DNA of 64,000 bases, taken from NCBI GenBank assembly GCA_963704165.1, contig CAVPHD010000008.1, positions 1 through 64,000 on the forward strand, in the 5' to 3' direction. Position 1 is the first letter of the stretch, and each line of letters opens with the position of its first letter. This DNA is from an uncultured delta proteobacterium. GTDB lineage: Bacteria; Myxococcota_A; UBA9160; SZUA-336. The notes below the pieces were generated by a model. It was not told the DNA's origin. It saw only the letters and a list, made by a program, of their open reading frames with translations, and ran no database searches. Both the position numbers and the translations under genes were made by a program. This document shows positions 58,205-64,000 of the stretch, piece after piece.

Positions 58205-59350
58205 CTAGCGCAGCTCCCGGAAGAACTTTCGGATGTCCTCGACGAGAAGCTTCGGCTCCTCGAGCGCGGCGAAGTGGCCGCCGGTCTCGAAGACCGACCA
58301 CTGCTTCACGTTGAAGGCGGCCTCGGCCCACGTGCGCGGCGCCTTGTAGAGCTCCTTCGCGAAGATCGCCCCCGCGGTCGGCACCTCGACCCGGCCCTCG
58401 GCCGCGCCGAAGCGGCCCGAGCGCATCGACTCGCAGTAGAGCCGCGTCGACGACGTGATCGACTGCGTGGTCCAGTAGATCATCACGTTGGTGAGCAGCT
58501 CGTCCTTCGTGAAACGCGACTCGACGTTCCCATCGCAGTCGCTCCAGGTGCGGAACTTCTCGACGATCCAGGCCGCGAGGCCGGCCGGGGAATCGTTCAA
58601 GCCGTAGCCGAGCGATTGCGGCTTGGTCCCCTGGATCTGCTGGTAGCCGGTCTCGTTCTTCTGGAAATTCCCCATCTCGCCGAGCCAGCCGAGCTCTTCC
58701 GGCGTCACGCCCTCCATCGGATTGGCGACACCGGCCGGTGGACCCGCGACGAGCATGTTCATGTGGATGCCCGCGCAATGCGTCGGATCGACGCGGGCGA
58801 CCCACGACGTCGCGATCGCACCCCAGTCCCCGCCTTGCGCGCCGTAGCGCGAGTACCCGAGCTGGCCCATCAGGGCGGCGACGGTTTCGCCGACGCGGCG
58901 GATGTCGAAGCCGGGCTCGTGCGGCGGCTCGCTCCAGCCGTAGCCCGGCATCGACGGGCAGACGACGTGGAACGAGTCCTCTTTCCGTCCACCGTGCGCG
59001 GCCGGATCGGTGAGCGGGCCGATGATCTTGTGGAATTCGTACACCGACCCCGGCCAGCCGTGCGTGATCACGAGCGGAAATGCGCCGGGATCCTTCGAAC
59101 GCTGGTGAATGAAGTGCACGTCGAGATCGCGCACCTTCGTCTTCCAGTGCTCGAACTGGTTCAACGCGCGTTCGTGCGCGCGCCAATCGTACTTCGACTG
59201 CCAGTACGCGACGAGCTCGCGCAGGTACGAGAGCTCCGTTCCGTAATCCCAGTTCGCGCCCTCGAGCTGATCGGGAAAGCGCGTGCGCGCGAGGCGATCC
59301 GCGAGATCCTTCAGCACGCTGTCGGGAACTTCGATCTTGAAGCGCTGCAC
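58205..59350 (-). CDS. Epoxide hydrolase (EHN + alpha/beta hydrolase)
   Basis: RBS GGAGG; DLADRLARTRFP, YDWR..E, THGWPGS, PSMPGYGWS, AQGGDWG, DSPAGLAAWIVEKF, GGHFAALEEP. Confidence 0.93.
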   Translation of the reverse strand: MQRFKIEVPDSVLKDLADRLARTRFPDQLEGANWDYGTELSYLRELVAYWQSKYDWRAHERALNQFEHWKTKVRDLDVHFIHQRSKDPGAFPLVITHGWPGSVYEFHKIIGPLTDPAAHGGRKEDSFHVVCPSMPGYGWSEPPHEPGFDIRRVGETVAALMGQLGYSRYGAQGGDWGAIATSWVARVDPTHCAGIHMNMLVAGPPAGVANPMEGVTPEELGWLGEMGNFQKNETGYQQIQGTKPQSLGYGLNDSPAGLAAWIVEKFRTWSDCDGNVESRFTKDELLTNVMIYWTTQSITSSTRLYCESMRSGRFGAAEGRVEVPTAGAIFAKELYKAPRTWAEAAFNVKQWSVFETGGHFAALEEPKLLVEDIRKFFRELR

Positions 59351-59417
59351 GTTCGGTCCTCCAACGGATGGCGAAGTCCGGGCGCGATTATCGCTCGTCG
59401 CGCGCGAGAAGTTGTGG

Positions 59418-59446
59418 TTGACACCGTCGTGTCGCGGGCGTAACTG
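59418..59446 (+). promoter_or_regulatory. Putative sigma70 promoter into a non-coding region
   Basis: Perfect TTGACA (59418-59423), 17 nt, TAACTG (imperfect -10). Confidence 0.5.
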
Positions 59447-59451
59447 TGTGA

Positions 59452-59794
59452 TTGTCGGTCGAGGCCGAGCCGAGGAGACATGAGGGCTCGTTCCTGCGGC
59501 ACGATCGCAGGCTCGGATGATCGGCCGACGCTCGAGAAGTCGCGGGACGAGCGAGCGGGTGCTCCGGTGAGCCACCGGGGACGTCAAATCAAAGCCGGGA
59601 GGACCGGGGACGGTTTTCCGACGGGCCGGCGCCGAAAAGCGGCGAGTCATCCGCCGCGACGCCGGGATGCACACCGCCGGAGTTCTCCGGTCGCGATCCT
59701 CGATCCGACCGTGTCCAGCATGCCGGCGAATTCGAGGACCGACTCACCGCGCAAGAAAGTCCCGAGGTCGAGCCTCACCGCCACCCGCGGCCTC
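59452..59794 (+). ncRNA. Candidate large structured non-coding RNA (unassigned)
   Basis: No credible ORF; many local and long-range complementarities (see findings). Confidence 0.45.
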
Positions 59795-59807
59795 AGTCGC
59801 CACGTTC

Positions 59808-62800
59808 TCAGCGGAAGTCGTGCGAGCGCGGCAGGAGCCCGGCCATGGCGTCGCCGTCGAGGCGCTCGAAGCGGCGGGCGCGGACGTGGATCACGCCGTC
59901 CTGATTTTGGACCGGGCCCTCGACGAGCAGGAGGCCGGCGGACTGCACGAGCGCGCGGTGGCGTTGGAACATGTCGGGGACGACGATCGCGTTCGAGGTG
60001 CCGGTCTCGTCCTCGAGGGTGATGAAGAGGAAGCCCTTCGCGCTGCCGGGGCGCTGGCGCACGATCACGGCGCCGGCGATGCGCACCCAGGCTCCGTTGC
60101 GCGCATCGCGTAGCTCGGCGGCGCTCTTCACGCCGCGCGCGCGCAATCGCTCGCGGAAGTGCGACATCAGGTGCGCGCCCGTGGTGATGCCCGTGCCGCG
60201 GTAGTCCGCGACCGTCTCGTCGAAGCCGGTCATCTCGGTGAGCGGCGAGGGCGCGGTCGAGGTCGCGCCCGAGAGCAGTCCGCCCTGCAGCGCGGCCACC
60301 TGCCAGAGCGCCTCGCGCCGCGCCAGGCCCAGGCTCGCGCAGGCGCCGACCGAGGCGAGCTTCTCGAGCTCGTCGCGGTGAAGGGCCGCGCGGTGTGAGA
60401 GATCGCCGAGCGACGCGTAGGGGGACTGGGCCGCGATCCGCTCACCCGCCTCCTTGCGCAGCCCGTCGACGTAGCGAAGTCCGAGGCGCACGGAGCTCGG
60501 CGTGTCGTCGTCATCGACGTGACAGAGCCAGTCGCTCTTCTGCACGTCGATCGGCAGCGTGCGCACGCCGTGGCGCGCGGAGTCCTGCACGAGCGTGGCG
60601 GGGCTGTAGAAGCCGAGCGGCCAGTGGTTCAGCATGGCGGTGAGAAAGCACGCGGGGTGGTGCGCGCGGATGTACGCCGACGCGTACGCGAGCAGCGCGA
60701 AGCTCGCGGCGTGGCTCTCGGGGAAGCCGTAGAGCGCGAACGACCCGATCTGTTTCACGACCTCGTCCTGCGCCGCGGGGTTGACTCCGTTCTGTGTCAT
60801 GCCGTTTCGCAGCTTGGCGACGATCGACGCCATGCGATCGACCGAGCGCTTGAAGCCCATCGCGCGGCGCAGCTCCTCGGCCTCGCCGCCGGAGAAGCTC
60901 GCGATCGCCATCGCCATGCGCAGGAGCTGTTCCTGGAAGAGCGGCACGCCGAGGGTGCGCGCGAGGATCGGCTCGAGCAGCGGGTGCGCGTACGTCACCG
61001 GCTCGCGGCCGGCGCGGCGCTGCAGGTAGGGCTGCACCATCTGGCCCACGATCGGTCCGGGGCGGATGATCGCGACCTCGACGACCAGGTCGTAGAACGT
61101 CTTCGGCTTCATGCGCGGCAGCGTCGCCATCTGCGCGCGGCTCTCGACCTGAAAGACGCCGATCGTGTCGGCCCGCTGCAGCATCTGGTAGGTCAGCGGG
61201 TCGTCGGCGGGAATCTTCGCGAGATCGACGTCGGCGCCGTCGTGCGTGCGCACGAGCGGGATCACGTCCTCGAGCACCGCCATCATGCCGAGCCCGAGCA
61301 GGTCGATCTTGATGATGCCGAGATCCGCGCAGTCGTCCTTGTCCCACTGGATCACGGAGCGGCCCGGCATGCGCGCGGGCTCGAGCGGGACGACCTCGTC
61401 GAGGCGCCCCTGCGCGATCACCATGCCGCCGGAGTGCTGGCCGAGGTGGCGCGGCAGGTTCTGCGTCTCGTGCACGAGCCGGACCAGGTGGCGCACGCGC
61501 GGCGCGTCGGGGTGCACGCCCGACTCGCGGAGCTGCCGCTCGAGCACGTCGTGCTCGTCTTTGAACTCGTGGCGCGACATCAGCTTCGCGAGGCGTTCGA
61601 TCTGGTCGGGCGCGAGCCCGAGCACCTTGCCCATCTCGCGCACCGCGCTCTTCGCGCGGTAGGTGATCACGTTCGCGGTCATGCCCGCGCCGTGCGGGCC
61701 GTAGCGCCGGTAGACGTACTGGAGGATCTCTTCGCGCCGTTCGCCCGACGGCAGATCGATGTCGATGTCGGGCCACTCGCCGCGCTCCTCGGACAGGAAG
61801 CGCTCGAAGAGCAGCTCGTAGCGCACCGGGTCGATCGCGGTGATGCCGAGCGCGTAACACACGATCGAGTTGGCCGCCGAGCCGCGCCCCTGGCACAGGA
61901 TCCCGCGCGCGCGGCACTCGCGCACGATGTCCCAGACGATCAGGAAGTAGCCGTCGAGCGCGAGCCGTCCGATCAGGCCGAGCTCGTGGTCGAGCTGCGC
62001 GCGCGCCTTCTCGGGCACGCGTCCGCCGTAGCGCTCGCGCGCGCCGACGAAGGCGAGCTCGCGCAGCTTTCCCGGCAGCGTCTCGTCCGCGCCGAGCGGG
62101 AAATCCGGGAACGCGTAGCCCAGATCTTCGAGCCGGAACTCGCAGCGCTCCGCGACCGCGAGCGTGTTCGAGAGCGCCGCGGGCAGGTCGGCGAAGCGCT
62201 TCGCGACCTCGGCCGGCGCGTGCACGTGGCGTTCGGCGTTGGGCAGAAGCAGGCGCCCGGCGTCGTCGAGCCTCGCGGAGCTCGCGATGCAGGTGAACGC
62301 GTCGAGCAGCCGCTTGCCCGCCGGCCGCGCGTGGCGCACGTCGCCGGTCGCGAGCGGCGCGATGCCGGTCGCGAGGAGCCGCCGGTTCGCGCGCTCCTCG
62401 TCCGGGTCGCGGTGGCGCCAGAGCTCGCCGTACGCGTCCGCGCCGAAGATCTCGCGGACCGGCTTCGCGAGCCGTGGCTCGCGCACGACCGCGACGAGCC
62501 CGTCCGCGTGCGTGCGGAGCTCTTCCCAGGTGACGCGGCTCTGCGGCTTCGGGCAGCGCGCGTGGCCGAGCGTGAGCAGGCGACACAGATTGCGGTAGCC
62601 CGAGCGGGTCCGGACGAGCAGGGTGACCCGGCCGCCGTCGGGCGGTGGATCGCTCTTCCGCCTAGGCGGCCCTTCGCCGAGCAGAACCGCGCGTGCGCCG
62701 ACGATCGCGCGAAGGCCCGAAGCACGCGCGGCGCGCGCGAAGCGCGGCAGACCGTACACGCCGTGCACGTCGGCGAGCGCGAACGTGCCGTGGTCCAGCT

Positions 62801-62897
62801 CGGCCGCGCGCGCGACGAGATCCTCGGGCGCGGAGCTGCCCTCGAGAAAGCTGAAGGCGCTTCTCGCGCCGAGCTCGATGAACGGGGGGGAGGGCAC
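59808..62897 (-). CDS. dnaE2: Error-prone DNA polymerase DnaE2 (ImuC)
   Basis: SAFSFLEGSS, CQGRGSAANS, PDIDID, PRHLGQHSGG, QWDKDD, KIDLLGLGM, GFPESHAASFA, VRQRPGSAKG, SHDFR end. Confidence 0.95.
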   Translation of the reverse strand: MPSPPFIELGARSAFSFLEGSSAPEDLVARAAELDHGTFALADVHGVYGLPRFARAARASGLRAIVGARAVLLGEGPPRRKSDPPPDGGRVTLLVRTRSGYRNLCRLLTLGHARCPKPQSRVTWEELRTHADGLVAVVREPRLAKPVREIFGADAYGELWRHRDPDEERANRRLLATGIAPLATGDVRHARPAGKRLLDAFTCIASSARLDDAGRLLLPNAERHVHAPAEVAKRFADLPAALSNTLAVAERCEFRLEDLGYAFPDFPLGADETLPGKLRELAFVGARERYGGRVPEKARAQLDHELGLIGRLALDGYFLIVWDIVRECRARGILCQGRGSAANSIVCYALGITAIDPVRYELLFERFLSEERGEWPDIDIDLPSGERREEILQYVYRRYGPHGAGMTANVITYRAKSAVREMGKVLGLAPDQIERLAKLMSRHEFKDEHDVLERQLRESGVHPDAPRVRHLVRLVHETQNLPRHLGQHSGGMVIAQGRLDEVVPLEPARMPGRSVIQWDKDDCADLGIIKIDLLGLGMMAVLEDVIPLVRTHDGADVDLAKIPADDPLTYQMLQRADTIGVFQVESRAQMATLPRMKPKTFYDLVVEVAIIRPGPIVGQMVQPYLQRRAGREPVTYAHPLLEPILARTLGVPLFQEQLLRMAMAIASFSGGEAEELRRAMGFKRSVDRMASIVAKLRNGMTQNGVNPAAQDEVVKQIGSFALYGFPESHAASFALLAYASAYIRAHHPACFLTAMLNHWPLGFYSPATLVQDSARHGVRTLPIDVQKSDWLCHVDDDDTPSSVRLGLRYVDGLRKEAGERIAAQSPYASLGDLSHRAALHRDELEKLASVGACASLGLARREALWQVAALQGGLLSGATSTAPSPLTEMTGFDETVADYRGTGITTGAHLMSHFRERLRARGVKSAAELRDARNGAWVRIAGAVIVRQRPGSAKGFLFITLEDETGTSNAIVVPDMFQRHRALVQSAGLLLVEGPVQNQDGVIHVRARRFERLDGDAMAGLLPRSHDFR

Positions 62898-62901
62898 GGC
62901 G

Positions 62902-64000
62902 CTAGTCGTAGATCCCGTCGACGAACCAGGAGTCGTCGGGCAGGTTGTGGTACAGGCGGTAGACGCCGCCGTCGGAGAGCTCGACGTCCCAGTAGTCGCG
63001 CGCGAAGCGGGTTTCTCCCCACCACTCGCCGAAGAGGCGCCAGGGTCCGGCGGCGTTTCGCACGCGGCCGCCCTCGGAGTCGAGCGGGGCGTCGGCGACC
63101 AGCGACACGTACACCGGAGGCTCTCCGCCCCGGTCCGGTGGGGCCCGGCGCGCGGGCGGCCGCGCGCCACCCACGACTTCGCTCGACTTCGTCTCGCTGC
63201 GCACCGCGCCTTCGGCGCGGCTTGCTCCGTACACACGAACGCTCTGCGGCGGCCGCACGGCGCGGAGCGCCATGACACCGCGCGGTGACAGGGGCTCGTA
63301 TTCGGACGCGGCGGGCGGATCGCTCCTGCGCTCGTGCGCGATGTGGAATTCGGCGAGCGTGGCGGCGTCGGGCTGGTGGGTGTCCTGGACGCGGGGCGCG
63401 CCGACCTGGCCGGGGCCGCAGAGCGACTCGATGCGCGCGATGGCGATGGCGAGCTCGCCGGGGGAGGGGAGCGGCGGCAGGAACAGATCGAGCTGCGCGG
63501 TCTCGACGCAGTCCGGTGTCGCGACGAGACGCGCGTGAAGCACGGCTTCCGGCGGGGGCTCCGACTCGAGCGACAGACGCACGAGCGCGAGCAGCACGTT
63601 CGTCTCGAGCGTGGGCGCGGCCAGGCCGAGCTCGCGCGCGAAGAGCGTGCCGCTCTCGAGCCCGAGCTCGAGCCGAAGCCGGCGCAACGCGAAGCCGCGC
63701 ACGCGCAGCCGGCGCAGCAGCCGATCGAGCGCGCCGCGCAGGAAGAACGCGAGCGGCTCCAGGTTCGCGATCGGCCATTCGGATTCCGCGCTCTCCTCGA
63801 AGCGAAGCTCGGGCGGGTGTACACGAAAAGGCGACAGGTCCTCGCCGTTTGCGCGGCGCGCGAGCCGGACGCCCGCTTCGCCCAGACGCGCGCCGAGCGA
63901 CGCGCGCGGGAGCCGCGCGAGCTTGCCCAACGTGCGCACACCCCAGCGCGAGAGCCGGTCGGCCAGCTCGCCCGCGGGCTCGAGCAGGTCGAGCGGGAGC
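62902..64000 (-). CDS. imuB: ImuB (Y-family polymerase-like), 5' end outside window
   Basis: WGVRTLG.L, QLDLF clamp-binding motif, GPWRLFGEWW...RDYWDV...YRLY...W.VDG.YD; directly upstream of dnaE2. Confidence 0.88.
   Translation of the reverse strand, partial: LPLDLLEPAGELADRLSRWGVRTLGKLARLPRASLGARLGEAGVRLARRANGEDLSPFRVHPPELRFEESAESEWPIANLEPLAFFLRGALDRLLRRLRVRGFALRRLRLELGLESGTLFARELGLAAPTLETNVLLALVRLSLESEPPPEAVLHARLVATPDCVETAQLDLFLPPLPSPGELAIAIARIESLCGPGQVGAPRVQDTHQPDAATLAEFHIAHERRSDPPAASEYEPLSPRGVMALRAVRPPQSVRVYGASRAEGAVRSETKSSEVVGGARPPARRAPPDRGGEPPVYVSLVADAPLDSEGGRVRNAAGPWRLFGEWWGETRFARDYWDVELSDGGVYRLYHNLPDDSWFVDGIYD
63125..63230. repeat. Palindromic REP/MITE-like element inserted in frame in imuB
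   Basis: Stems GGCGCGCGG/CCGCGCGCC (63147-63168) and CCGCGCC/GGCGCGG (63204-63220); GACTTCG twice; boundaries approximate. Confidence 0.55.

Noticed and set aside
59510..59800. RNase P, group I/II intron or retron identity for the non-coding region
   Set aside because: Only short look-alikes (GGATGATCG, GAAAGTCC, GTGTG); no AGUGCAACAGAA or ACAGAACCCGGCUUA, no domain V, no room for P8, no RT gene
59480..60022. 180-aa ORF with GAGGAG before the ATG
   Set aside because: SD spacing is only 2 nt, the translation is Arg/Gly/Pro-rich with no motif, and it overlaps dnaE2 antisense
59808..63941. 1377-aa ORF suggesting an ImuB-DnaE2 fusion
   Set aside because: The upstream ~350 codons are an off-frame read-through of imuB; DnaE2 homology begins at GTG 62897 and imuB has its own stop at 62902

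Overview
The window appears to be a composite of two sources. Bases 1 to ~3005 are a lower-GC, indel-rich gammaproteobacterial-type segment (atpD-atpC-FKBP PPIase-glmU-glmS'). It is cut inside glmS and joined to a very GC-rich (about 70% by eye) segment that looks Myxococcota/deltaproteobacterium-like (inference). The GC-rich part carries: a Bat-type MoxR-DUF58-vWA operon; an AsmA-like gene; a small HTH gene; ptsP and fur; lemA-TPM-TPM; a Fur-box-controlled bfd followed by a selenoprotein the ORF track missed (ArsC-like, UxxC, SECIS-like hairpin) and an AGE epimerase; a secreted repeat-containing fibre-like gene with two co-oriented partners; an MBOAT cluster; mscS; a porin; lipid/hydrocarbon catabolism genes (acyl-CoA dehydrogenase, CYP153-like P450, F420-type LLM, ferredoxin, TetR, epoxide hydrolase); gloB, cysE, xth and IOR; a second MoxR operon (RDD-SpoIIM-DUF4129-DUF4350-MoxR-DUF58); addAB; and imuB-dnaE2. 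The most notable items are a ~340-nt promoter-preceded, highly base-paired non-coding region at 59.45-59.79 kb, the iron-linked selenoprotein operon, the fibre/anchor gene trio, a palindromic in-frame insert in imuB, and many apparently leaderless genes. All calls come from manual motif reading; no database searches or folding programs were run.
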